64,000 bases of DNA from Botryllus schlosseri (lineage: Eukaryota). Position numbers and translations under genes: made by a program. The stretch lies in assembly GCA_051294905.1 (NCBI GenBank), contig CM119372.1, positions 25,422,001 to 25,486,000 of the forward strand, read 5' to 3'. The notes below the pieces were generated by a model. The model was not told where the DNA came from and did not search any database. It saw only the letters and a program-made list of their open reading frames with translations. The stretch's first letter is position 1; each line of letters opens with the position of its first letter. Of the stretch, positions 50,901 through 62,914 are shown piece after piece.

Positions 50901-53900
50901 CATTGAAACTTAAGTCCAACGCCTTAACCGCTCGCTCAACCCAGTTCCGTTGCTACGATGTCTGAGAAATCTATTAAATTAGGGTAGAAATAACTATTTC
51001 CAAGTAAGTTTCACGAAGTCTCGATACGCTATATTTAATCTAAAAATATTAATCCTCATAAAACGTACTGGCTACGGGGTTCGAAGCCTGGAATAATAAA
51101 CGGATCGTGATTGAAAATAGAAGGAGGATCACTGGATTAACGTTTATGGAATACTCCGCAATGTAAAATTAGTATGTACTGCACAAAATCCTGAGTGTAA
51201 GAGTCTTCACTGCATCGGAATGGTGTAGTTTTCTATCTACTTTACAAAGTTTATACGATTTTTTTTGCTACGTTCCGGGATAAAATGTAATTTTTCGCAC
51301 TTTATGTCCATTAGAGTCGCATCATCTATTTATTTCACGGATAACAAATTACTCCTGCTTTTATCAGAGGATATACTTTCCTAGGGTTTGCCTACTAACA
51401 GTACTTAGTTTAGATTAATGAAAAATATATTGATTGAAAATGATCACTGGATCATAGTTTACAGAAAACTCCACAATTCTATGTGACGTCCTTGCATGCC
51501 AACAACCATCGAACTATTCGCCACCTCATAAACACTTGAGTAGGCCTACATTTGATGCGTGTGGGGAACACCTAGGTAAATTTTCATATGCGTTTCGTTT
51601 CCAGCTCTGAAAGCAAGCTTGGTCTATGATCAATAGCAACTATTTCAACAAATATTACATACCTATTGATAGATAGCTAAGGCACCATGTCGACCCAAAA
51701 TTATACCTTTTGCCGTCCATACTTTTATAACCCTTGAAGGGGTAAAATTTGCATTACACTAACTTGCAATTGTGAAGCGGCGTTTCACTGTCGGTTTAAT
51801 CACCCTTATTCTAGTGACATGAAAAGGACTGAATCGTATGAATTGTGGTCACTACAAGAATCGAGCGAAAGCGCTGTTTCACGCCGTCTTGCATCGGTCA
51901 CGATTAGTTTTACTTTTCAACTAACTTGTTGTCTGTCGTTATATTCATTAGACTCGCTTTCATGCGGCTAATTTGTCCTTATCATTATAACGTCGGTGAT
52001 CGCGTACCTGCGGCGAAGGTGTTCGTTTAATTATAGCAACGAGAACCGGCTCCCTGCGGCTATTCCGTTGGCATTTTAGTGCCGAGTTAAATACCCTTAT
52101 ACTCGACATGCAAACATTATACAGGTAGCGGTTACACTGCGAGCTGATGATCCATAGCTCCGAACTTGAGAATCGCTTACCTGCGTCTAATCAAAATAAG
52201 TCGTAAAATGTGGAGACCGCAGAAACCGTAACTTGTACACATAAAATCAAGTTTAAAAATATGGACGGATGAGTTATCTCCGGTCAATAGAGTAATATAA
52301 CCGCCTATAGTTTAGTGGGGTATTGCTAAAATGTATATCCAAACAATCGTTGCAGAATCTGAATGTTACCGAGGTCCTTATCACATAAAATCATTCATCA
52401 GACGCGTAGGGATTAATATTATCAAGTCGCAGCGCTCAAAATCGCATTTTATGTTAATTAATTAGTGATGATACATTTCAAGTTAATCAATACATATTGA
52501 TGACATAGTCCTAAATACACATAATAGAATATCTGTCGATTCTAGCCAAGGTAAGTTTTGACGCGGCAAACATAAGTCCTAAAATGTGGAAACTGCAGAA
52601 ACCGTAACTTATACACATAAAATCAAGTTTAAAAAATATGGACGGATGATATTAGTCCTAAATACACATAATACAATATCTGAGAAAAGTATCAAGATGC
52701 GGCAATCAATGCAGCGATGATATAGCAATGGATGGATGATGTGGCACTATAGCCGTGGCGCTTGATGATGTGGCACGGATGACGTAGCAGATGAATGTAC
52801 CCTCAGGGTATGAAAATGGGCGTGGCAATTAGGATGACGTGGCGCTCTCTGATTGGCGGGCGTATAATCCAGGTACCCTTACTACTGATGCTAAAATACT
52901 CGACTCGAAAGCTATAATACTTTATTCGCAATCGAATCAGTAAGGTACCCGTTTTGCCAGTGAACTGAAGACCATATCACAAACCCACCATCCGTACGCA
53001 ATCGCACAAAATCTGGCAGCTATTCCACTTTTGAAAAGTACTCGAGTGGTCTCCACGACACCTGTTGACGATACGTTTCCTTTACAAGTAACGTGATTGT
53101 TTGCATTCTGAAGATTAAGACAAAAAGCGAAATAGAAATTTGTTAACCATGCTATCCATATTTACTCTCAATGCTTCTACAAACTGCTTCTCCCTGTTGT
53201 TTTGCTTCGCAATGCGACGAAGGCACCTTATTGCGTCGTCACTTCTACCTTGTTGGGCTAACCAACGCGGTGACTCCGGACAGAACCTTTAGATTTCAAT
53301 CAGTCAAAATAATTCTGTCCGCGTTTCAGCGGTATTAACGTACATTGCCAGAGAGAAAGAAGCCCGTCATATTTTATCTAATGATATGTTCTTGATATTT
53401 CGAGTGCATGAATATAACCAGAACTGGTCTGGTCCGTAACGAAGTTTTGTCTGCATGCGCTACTGAATCAATTTCCACTTCTACTCGACAGTTTACTTGT
53501 TACAATTTTGATCTTGTAAAGTTGAAACTAGTTTTGTGATATGCTGGCATCAATTTGATGAGTAAAGCTATAATAACTAGTCGAATTAGTCCATGGATGA
53601 AGGTAACTGAATTTTGGAAAATTGCACCTATATGTAGTCTACAGTGTCATTAGTAATTCGCGATGGTCGTGAAGATACATTTTGCTATTTCCAAATTAGC
53701 CACAGCCGATTAACTTCTAAAGCATGCGACACCTTTAATACTTGAGTACTTTTCTTCCCTTCATCTTTTCACTTCCCTAGATGTAGTTTTGACATGTCTT
53801 TTAACTCACAACTTCTGCTTCTAATTTACTAAATATTTCAGGCATCCCCTTGACTTCTACTTGAGTCCAACGCTGACTACTTTCACCACATCTGATTGTG

Positions 53901-56900
53901 ATACCACGCAGGCGACTCGTGGCATGGCGCGAGTTCATTGCTAAATTCTATTAGATCCGAATTAGGGGAGCTTCTTACGCCCGGCCATGTCATGTTGCAA
54001 ATGCTCACCAGCAGCAAGGGAAGTAGAGTAGAGCTCCGGCGGCACTCATAACGCCCACAAAAATTCGCCACCGTTGGAAAGCGTAAGCGAATAAGGCGAG
54101 GCAGCAATATCCGAAGTTGTACCCGAAGAAAGATGAGATGCCGATGACACTACGCCATCGCACTCCCGTTACTTCATTCACTGTAAGTATATATCGAGTG
54201 ATCGATTAAGTTGACCACTTCAGTACCGGTATGGACTCCATCGTTTCATTACCGAGCACGAAACATAGAATGAAATTCGTGAGGGAAAATAGGCCGACTC
54301 CGACGTTCGAAATGCAGTACACAGTGTAATTCCAAGATAGCGCACATATCGCTTGAAATACTACTTGCATCACGCTCGAAATGCTGAACATTGATCTGCG
54401 ACCATACCTTAAATGCACATGCACACTCTTAGAAATATTCGTAGATTTACCCAAATTATACCGGTAAATTTGTCCCGTCAGTTATATTAACGGTAAATGC
54501 CCGTTAAATTAATATACGGGCACGTCAAAAGTAAATTTACTTGTTTTTAGAGGGTGAAAAAAATTACAGATTAAATTCGTAGAAGCAATTTACGGGATAA
54601 CCAGTATTTCAGATTTACTTTTGGATTTGTAAAAGCAATTTACTGGATAATAAGTATTCCGGATTTACTTTTGCATTCGTAAAAGCGATTTACTGGATAA
54701 TCATTATTTGCAACATTGCTATTGAACTCACAATTCGATCATTTTACACGCTTACGGTCTTATGTACATATATATATGTGATTTTCGTAATTACATCATG
54801 TTTCAATCATCAACCAAATTATGACACCGATGGCCGTGCTGATTGCTAATCGGTGAATGGTATCCGAACATTTGGGCATTGCAGATACCATCGTTTATAT
54901 CGCTTCATAAATTGTATCCTTTGAGACATCAAGGTCTAGCAATAGTAGCATGGCAAGCGAATTTGGTATGTTATGTAGTTTTACTGCAGGTATGATCTTT
55001 TGTGTAATTATCTGTTGGACCAGTTCTGCCACCATTGTAGACTCCTTAACGCATGTATGATGCAAACTATATATCGAAACACCGGAGCTGGAGTTTAGCC
55101 GCCATGCTCCTTTGCCATTGCGACGAGAGCTTAGTGGACGAGGGTAGTAGACGTCCTTTACCTTTTTCCTGCGAATGGCCTTGTGAATTGTTTGATCATG
55201 AATTCGTAGCTGCTCGAGCGAACAGTACATTGTGACGCCATACATATTCCAGACATAGTGGCGTCAGACGTCAGACATATCCGAGCCTGAGCACGTGCGG
55301 CTGAATGTTCCGAGATAGATATTATATCGACGCGATGTTTTCGTATTGGATAATAACAAGATGCGTTGCTGTAAGATATTGAGGGTTTCGAAGCCACAGC
55401 TTAACTCTAGCTTTAGAATATTGCAGGTGTTGATAGCAGATATTGTAGGTATAGCAGTATCCGAGCTCAAATCTGGCAAGTTATTCTCAGTCATGTTTCT
55501 GAAGACGCATGTATTTTCGTTACAGTTTAATGGTGAACAGAAGCTATGGCTTATAAGAATGTATTACATTTTCTGACATTGAACTACACGAAAATGGAAG
55601 CGTTATGGCATTATGAATCATGACGTCGAATGCTTACGTGATAGAAAGGGATATTTCGCCTCTCGCTTCTAGCACGATGCCGTGCGAAATACATTGGACG
55701 TGCGATGGAAAGGAGTATTGCCAGAAAAGTTTGCAATCACGCTGGAAAAGATGATTCAGGTACAAAGTCCTAGGCCAAGGGTGTCCGTATCAAACTCAAC
55801 TTGCGTCGCTGGCCAGATTCAAACTTTCAAACCGCTCGCGGGCCGGATCAGTCAAATCATTCCAAAATGTTACGGTACATCAAAACGCCTGACCTTACTT
55901 TTCGCTTAAATAGTTTATTATCAATCCTGTATACATTTTGGTATATTACATAACATTCACGATCATATCATATGGATATATTCTAGCAGCACCTTTACTC
56001 GCAAATAACGGAAGTTTGGCAAAAATTCAAAGATTGATCGTTTGAATTCAACCGCTTAAACACTGACTCTAACCACGGAATAAGCTGACATATTTGTATG
56101 CTCCCTTTGTTTTAATCGTAATCTGCCGTTAACTCATCGTATGCGCTTTGAGGAACACAAGTGATTTAATTGTTAACGTAGACGTTAGAATTTGGCTCAT
56201 TATTAATCGTCATTCGGGTTTCTCTGTCTGTCTGGGGCCTTAGAGTAGAAGTGATACAGCAATGCGACCAAATATATTTGAATTGTATTTTTTATAACTA
56301 TTATATTTTCAATGCCACCTGCATATAACAGTTTTTTTCACTTCACGAATAACTACTTTTATGCTCATTTCTTCATAAAAATATGAACTCAGTGTGCACT
56401 TTTTGGAGTTTTTGGAATTGGATGTCAGTATCACCAACTTGTTCCTGATGATGACTAGAGTAAAACCATAACACCACTGTCGGATAATTATATCACGGTC
56501 TATGATCTTGACATTTGTGGCCTTGCGGGAAGCATTTCTTACAATAATATCTCAACATTTGTTAGAAAATGTGCTGGGTAATACAGGGGTTTTTCAAACT
56601 ACTCGGAATTGCTTCGCAGGCCGCATGCGGCCTGCTGGCCTTATGTTCGACATCGCTATCCTAGGCCATCATTATTTGAGAAATTGAAAAGAATATGAAA
56701 AGTCGCAATATGTCATACTATAGCGTCTCAAAGTTTCCAAATTGTAGCGGTGTTGATGACAGCATAATCTTTGTTCAGATTATAGAAGAACCTACAAAAG
56801 AGCATGGCCCAAAGTACAGTCCTTCAACTGCTGCTGAAGTTTTGATGAAGCCCTCTTCATTCAGGCAGTTGCTGACCGATGATCTCCACAAGAAAGACTG

Positions 56901-59900
56901 GATTTTCGTCATTATCCACACTTACTTTTTTTTACGTGTTCCCGCACCAAATAAACCTGATTCAAATTTACTTGTCTCAGGAACGTAAAACTGCTGCAAG
57001 GGACCAGACGAGTATATTGATATTACAGCAGATTTCTGTTACCTTAGGTTACGGAAATTTTCCGTAAAATTTCCTACGGTCAGCATATGTAAAATCATAT
57101 TACGGGGAGAGTTATTTCGAATTTACTGGTCTCATCAGCGTAAAACTGCTGCACTGGACTAGACCAGTAACTTGGTATTACAGCCGTTTTCCGTTACATC
57201 AGATAACGGGAATTTTCCGTAAAAATTTTAACTGTCAGTCTTTGTAAAAATAAATTACGGTCAATAATATTTACTGGAAAATATTTTTCAAATATACTGG
57301 TCTCAGAGTCGTAAAACTGCTGCCAGGACCAGACCAGTAATTTGGCATAGAATATTTTTAACAGTGATGCACGCACATGTACAAAAACTGTTAGGATGGA
57401 TTCTGCGGAGTGAGGTTGTTACAGATTGTCGACATGCCAGGCACTAATATCGTCTGTAATAGGCCTATATGGAGAAATTAGTAGCCAACACTCTACAGTC
57501 TAGAGTCCCTAGAGCAGTGGTCGGGAACCTATGGCTCGCGATCCATACATGGCTCTTTTTGGTATAAGATATGGCTCTTTGCCGAATATTTATTTTCGTA
57601 CTGAATTGATCACTATTGCAGCGACTGGTTGGTAAATTTTCATCACGGCCAATATAATTATTCTCGTGGCAGTATAAACATGTCTTTGAGAGGTGCAGAC
57701 AATGCCATCTTCAAGTTTAGGGGCTCGGGCCCCCTCTTTTCAAAATCATCAAATTTAAGTAGCTGTCACGCCGGCGGTCAACGTCTCTCGAGAATTCTAT
57801 GTACCCGACTCGAAATCTTGAATTGTGCGATAACTTGATTAATCAAAGAGCATAGCAGACATGGCGACGCCCATTTCAAAACGCAGTTTTCAAATACAAA
57901 TTGTCTTGCTGATCTACGGCGCGAAATGAACTGTTCTGGATGTGACATTCGCAATTACAAACTCGAATTACAAACAACACCATAGCTATCCCCACATTCT
58001 TGATTGGTAAGTATAGCTCTGTGTAGTGCCGGGGCCGGCACTAAAATGTATGCGTGTAGCGCAACGTTATGTTACCGCCGAATACTTTGAGAATTGAGAA
58101 GTCGATAAGTATTTAGATTTTCGGAATCAGTGTGACAGTCACATTCGATTAAAATCAGTTATAATAAATTCTAAGCTACTTATACGATGAATTGTGTTAT
58201 CAGTGGTGAGGCTTGGCCCGTCTGTGCCTTACCTTTCATTTCGAGCTTTATTTTCGAACAATAATTACCAGTTTTTACAGAGAAAATATGGCGCACACGA
58301 GGAATCCCATGTGTATAGTGAGTTCGAATTAGTGCTATACCATGATGTCACGAATTTTCAATTGTGACGTAACAGTTGATTGTCAGGTATGGCTCTTTGG
58401 GAATTGAGATGGAAAAAATAGGGCCAATATGGCTCTTCGGACAAAAAAGGTTCCCGACCACTGCTCTACATGCAGACAATTCCAGTGATCAGAGCAGTGG
58501 TTCCCAAAATTTTTCGGCTTGTGGCACACTAGAAAAATTATGTAACGCTCACCGGTACACTCACAAGAAAGTATCCCATAAATATTGTCAAAATCAGGGC
58601 GTTTCGTAAATCAATGAGCTGTTCTTTACCTACAAAACGATTGCTTGATTGATGGCTTCCAAATGAATTGACTATACCTAGCTATATTTATTTACAGCAA
58701 ATCCTGAAAAGTATTGCTGAAGTGAAAGTTGAATTCTAGACAATGTGCTCACTGCTCATGATTTGCGGCACGATTACTAGTATATGAGTTGATTTCAAAC
58801 GAATCAAATAATTTTATTCAGACTTGGCCAAGTTATGATGTGGTTATTAGCTTATATTACCCTATTCATCGTCAATGCCATGATTGGTTTGATGGACAAT
58901 TGGACAATGGACATGGTCAGTTGCGCTTATTCATCAGCCTGCTTAAGAAGTTAGACCGAGAGAGTGAGAGAAATATTTATTGATTCGTCCAACCGAAACG
59001 AAAATAACATCAGCGCATGAAATTATAACAAGATACTTAACGGTGTAGGACAGGGTGTAATCGATATGACTCTGGGTAGGGTCAACTAGTCTGATCACAC
59101 CCTGCATTAACAGTGTCAGATATTCTTTATACCGATTTTTAGTCTACATGTCTTATATTCAATATTACATAACGCGTTTCCAAAATCCCGGAACGACACC
59201 TGAGAATCTGTGGCGGCACACGACTGAACACGGTTTGGGAATCAGTGGGTCAGAGTCAGAGGTGGCCATCAGATAGGAGTTAAAAGTCGACACATAGGAC
59301 TGCGTCAAGAAACTATACGCCAATGTCGCGAAAACCATATGCAAGTTTTCCCTCTGCAGTAAGAAATGGTGTTGAAGCATGATGAACAAACTGAAAACGG
59401 ACATATACACCGCAAATAATGTTTTACCAATCTCCCGATAATCCGGAAAGCGCTCCCAGCATCTTTCCAAATTGGTACAATGACACTGCGACAGGAGCTT
59501 TCCAATCGTTTTCGCAGATCATGGAGAACTGTTAATTGTTCGAAAATGATAAATAACACCCCGTACGAAATGCAATGACTGACTCACGTCCATAACGGCT
59601 GTATTTTCCGTGCTGGGAGAATTCCACGTCACCCCATCGTTACAGTTGGTGGTTGCGGAACTATTATCGCTTTTGAAATACTGTGGCCATAACTTTACCG
59701 GATATTTACTGTAATTCCTATCGTAAATTTTGCATCGACTCGCCACCCATTCATTTTTGTCGTTCAGCTCTAGAGGTATGATTGTCGAAACGATTTGTTG
59801 AGTTGAACCCTGTATATCATGACGTTGTTGATCTCTGGCTATATCATCTCGTATATGTTTAATGTTTATCTTATTCATAGCAATTGTATGGTGTATTGTA

Positions 59901-60096
59901 TACTCACATTTCGGTTGGTGGAATAGTTTGCAAATTCCTCTGGATATGAACAGTGATGATGAGGCTCATATTGCGAAAATACGAAATGGATGCTAGCAAA
60001 TGCGTTAGGAATGCCGGCTACAAATGACATCAGCAACATAAACTTCTGGAACCGACCCCAACTGCCCGCTGTCTCCAAAGCTTCCTCAATATCCAT
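35912..60096 (-). CDS. SLC22-family organic cation/carnitine transporter (MFS), multi-exon; terminal exon not fixed (candidate ~35450-35590)
   Basis: Exons, all GT-AG and phase-compatible: 60096-59908 (MDIEEALETAGSWGRFQ...HHC), 59809-59588, 59528-59428 (FSMICENDW), 54407-54253 (YGRR, 155 nt), 54180-54009 (172 nt), 53286-53166 (PESPRWL), 53107-52989, 38455-38241 (215 nt, AETPAY...LGR), 36300-36118 (183 nt, GK...EIVPTLHR...ARIG), 36050-35912 (VPETLG..IPDT). Motifs and exon sizes match SLC22/OCTN-type genes. Confidence 0.93.
38729..39742. mobile_element. hAT MITE in SLC22 intron 7
   Basis: CAGCGGTGGCTAACC / GGTTGGCCACCCCTG terminal inverted repeats; TSD not preserved. Confidence 0.55.
41761..41788 (+). 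pseudogene. tRNA 3' fragment (T loop, 3' acceptor strand, T4 terminator); mirror copy ~51060-51087 (-)
   Basis: GCTTCGAACCCCGTAGCCAGTA-CG-TTTT. AGCCAGT pairs at 6 of 7 positions with ACTGGGT at 41903. Confidence 0.55.
41903..41958 (+). pseudogene. tRNA-Leu(TAA) 5' fragment (acceptor 5' strand, D arm, anticodon arm, variable arm); mirror copy 50890-50945 (-)
   Basis: ACTGGGT TG AGCGAGCGGTTAAGGCG TTGGA CT-TAA-GT TTCAA T GAAC-AAGT-GTTC follows the eukaryotic tRNA-Leu(TAA) pattern (GGTTAAGGCGTTGGACTTAAG). No T arm follows. Confidence 0.75.
43037..44185 (+). repeat. Tandem array of ~203-bp units (~5.5 copies) in the left arm
   Basis: The motif (ataccaaatttc|atgctaaatttc)...atggaacaactttaaaactaacgc...atagtcaactttaata...gtaggaca recurs about every 200 bp (near 43054, 43251, 43455, 43657, 43860, 44063). 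Confidence 0.9.
47478..52886 (-). repeat. Right arm (~5.4 kb) of the giant inverted repeat
   Basis: Begins gggaatcgaattggagcg and ends ggtacccttactact; mirror of 39959-45370. Confidence 0.97.
48663..49811 (-). repeat. Mirror copy of the ~203-bp tandem array in the right arm
   Basis: Reverse complement of 43037-44185. Confidence 0.9.
54424..57366. mobile_element. CACTA/EnSpm-like element with subterminal repeats; nested hAT MITE at 55776-56658 (TSD TCCTAGGC)
   Basis: CACTCTTAGAAATATTC / GAATATTTTTAACAGTG ends (15 of 17); tandem subterminal repeats at 54570-54700 and 56985-57345. Confidence 0.6.
57515..58463. mobile_element. hAT MITE
   Basis: Perfect TIR CAGTGGTCGGGAACCT / AGGTTCCCGACCACTG with atggctc subterminal repeats. 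Confidence 0.8.
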
Positions 60097-60994
60097 ACCG
60101 GTATCGCTACTGATCCCTATTATTGAAGTGTGGTATAACATAGCAATTGTTCGAAGTTCAAATCGGTCGGTACCTTGCGGCTATTTATAAAACCACAACA
60201 TACTGATAATGTCGAATATACCGCATCTCGATGATCTTAGGTACGTGGTTTTTGATCTTCATTCCAACTCTACTCCCGCCAGACCCTCTCAAACGTAATG
60301 GTTGAGGTTGACCGTTGATTTTTTTTAGTTATCCTTCCGGACACTGCCGTCAAAATCCAGATTTTGCCTCATTTATAACGATTTTTAGTTGTGCCTTTGC
60401 AATCGCTTGACTGTCAAAGCTATAGAGGAGGACAAATTGCCAAAAGGGAGGATGTTTCAGCGTCCTCCGATGACATTATCGATTTCTTGAAAAAGGAGGA
60501 CAAATCCTCCTAAATGAGGACTTGGTAACCATGCCTAAGAACCATAAGACCAACAAAGCTCAGTATGGCTTGTCGTTACACACTCAGGCCACCTGCAATC
60601 AATCCCAGTGAGAGTAATACATAGTCTTGATGAGCTTGATGATATGTAGCGATTCGGAAGTTGGTTAATCTCACTCGAAGCACGATTAAAAATTTTCAGG
60701 AATGATGAACATCATCCGTGATTACGCTAGTTTTTCTGTTCGATAATTCGATAATTCGAAATGCATGTTGACTGCCGCCATCACATGCTCATTGAATTAC
60801 GCGTTAACGGCCGCATAATTATTCATCGACGACTGCAGGTTGGCCACTGTTTCCGTTGACCTATCATCTGTAATATTGTATATTATGTAATATGTATAGA
60901 CATTACGCCAAAGCATCCCACTGATAAACAGGGGTATTGTTGTTGTTGACTGATGTATTTATGGTGTTTTTTGACTACAATGGTCATTTACTGC

Positions 60995-61110
60995 GGGGCA
61001 GATAGTGTAGTGGTTTCGATAAGCGCCCACCAATCTAACGGACCGGATCCGATTCCCGTCGGAGGTTTATCTGGGCTCCTCTTCCCCCGCCGTTGCCGTT
61101 CTTACGGCGA
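60995..61110 (+). mobile_element. tRNA-derived SINE head
   Basis: GGGGCAGATAGTGTAGTGG A box, degenerate B box, then ggaggtttatctgggctcctc body motif. Confidence 0.5.
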
Positions 61111-61409
61111 CAAAAAAGCCCAGAAAAAGACGAAAGAAAGCACTCACAAGGAATGGAAAGAGCTGGTAGAATTGCCGCGGCTTCAAAAAAGATCAACATC
61201 GAAAAGAACTGTGTGACATCGGGCACTCTAGGCGGAGGTGGATGTTAGAGTGAAGGATCGCTACCGATGCGTGTCGTTCGACGTCCTCCTATCTGTTCAT
61301 GACACCGCATTGTGTCTTATCGCATTGTACATTGTGTGTGACTTGTTCAGATGAAAAATATAATCCAAAGATGTTATGTTATGTTACACCAGGCCGATAT
61401 TCTTTGTTA

Positions 61410-62680
61410 TTATATTCTTTATTCACAGTAAAACTGGTAAATACACACATAATCCGGGGAGCAACCTGCCCCCAAATGAAAATAGCGAGATTGGAGTAAA
61501 TTTTTTAAAATTTCAGTAATGCAGTCAAATTGTTATTCCTATGCAATACATGGAGTCTAAGTCAGATTACAGAATTGCAGTAGATGAAGAATTTGCAAGG
61601 GTTACAGAGCAGAGGTAGAGATGATTGAAAATGAAGAATCGAAATTACAGAAATGATGCTGTGATTCACAAGTATAATTTTAGTCCAGTGGTGCATTATT
61701 ATTATATTCTTTATTCACAGTAAAACTGGTAAATACACACATAATCCGGGGAGCAACCTGCCCTCAAAGGAAAATGGCGAGATTGGAGTAAATTTTTAAA
61801 ATTTCAGTAATACATTCAAATTGATATTCCTATGCAATACATGGAGAAGTCAAATTACAGAATTGCAGCAGATGAAGAATTGGCAAGGGTTACAGAGCAG
61901 AGGTAGAGATGATTGAAGATGAAGAATCGAAATCACAGAAATTATGCTGTGATTCACAAGTGTAATTTTAGTCCAGTGGTGCATTCAAGGCCTTCCGAAG
62001 AATGTGCACAGTGCCCAATAATGTGATCTTTTGGATCATGTCGAATCGAACGTTACCCGGAATTTGTTGGATATGTCTCATGAGTTTTTTGCTCACGACC
62101 CCTGTAGCGCCAATGACTATCGGTACAATGTTTATTTTGCATCGCCACATTTTCTCACATTCCATTTTGAGGTCTGCGTATTTGGAGTGTTTTTCTGATT
62201 CTTTTTGCAGTAGGTTGTGATCAGCTGGGACAGCCAGTTCAATGAGTAAGCATTCTCTTTTCTTTTTTAGTTTGACGATTATATCCGGGCGGTTGCTTCT
62301 GATTTTGCGGTCAGTTATATCTGGTACATCCCACAGAATTTTTTATTATTATTTTTTCTTTATTCACAGTAAGAAACTGGTCAATACACACATAATCCGG
62401 GGAGCAACCTGCACCCAAAGGAAAATGGCGAGATTGGAGTAAATTTTTTAAAATTTCAGTAATGCAGTCAAATTGTTATTGTTATTCCTATGCAATACAT
62501 GGAGTCTAAGTCAGATTACAGAATTGCAGTAGATGAAGAATTGGCAAGGGTTACAGAGCAGAGGTAGAGATGATTGAAAATGAAGAATTGAAATTACAGA
62601 AATGATGCTGTGATTCACTAGTATAATTTTAGTCCAGTGGTGCAGTCAACGCCTTCCGAAGAATATGCACAGTGCCAAAC
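61410..62680 (-). mobile_element. Three head-to-tail 5'-truncated RLE-type (R4/Dong-like) non-LTR retrotransposon 3' ends
   Basis: A ~290-bp 3' UTR occurs three times (from ~61412, ~61704, ~62356), each abutting (TAA)n. The middle copy keeps an open frame 62342-61968: ILWD...NRPDIIV...LLIELAVP...EKHSKY..L...VPIVIGATG, a restriction-like endonuclease domain. Confidence 0.88.
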
Positions 62681-62914
62681 ACAGTGGCGCTTATCGTCTT
62701 ATTCAGGCTATGTGCGCCGCGACACGAATTTATTGTAATGTCCACTTCTTTGACTACGTATTCTTTGGGGACGACTTTTTATTCTTGCTCCCTATCGATT
62801 TCAGTCTCTGTCGCTCCCATGCGTCCCCATCATAGTCTCTGCTTCCGACTTGTAGCACGCGGCTCACTTTTAGTCTGGGCTTCTCAATGCACTACCGTAG
62901 TAGTGAGGTCGACG

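Larger units (their letters stand above)
39959..52886. mobile_element. Giant palindromic non-autonomous Polinton/Maverick-like element (12,928 bp)
   Basis: Termini AGTAGTAAGGGTACC...GGTACCCTTACTACT, flanked by the direct repeat GATGCT at 39953-39958 and 52887-52892. Inverted arms 39959-45370 and 47478-52886; the ORF track is mirrored across them. No ORF longer than ~113 aa. Confidence 0.8.

Noticed and set aside
39959..52886. Giant palindrome as a pure assembly fold-back artefact
   Set aside because: The arms carry substitutions and indels, the spacer is unique, the ends have a clean 6-bp TSD, and the host SLC22 exons continue in phase on both sides. Read-level confirmation is still desirable.
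54895..55576. Cluster of 60-116 aa ORFs inside the CACTA-like element
   Set aside because: No motif I can assign; probably decayed transposon coding or captured sequence.
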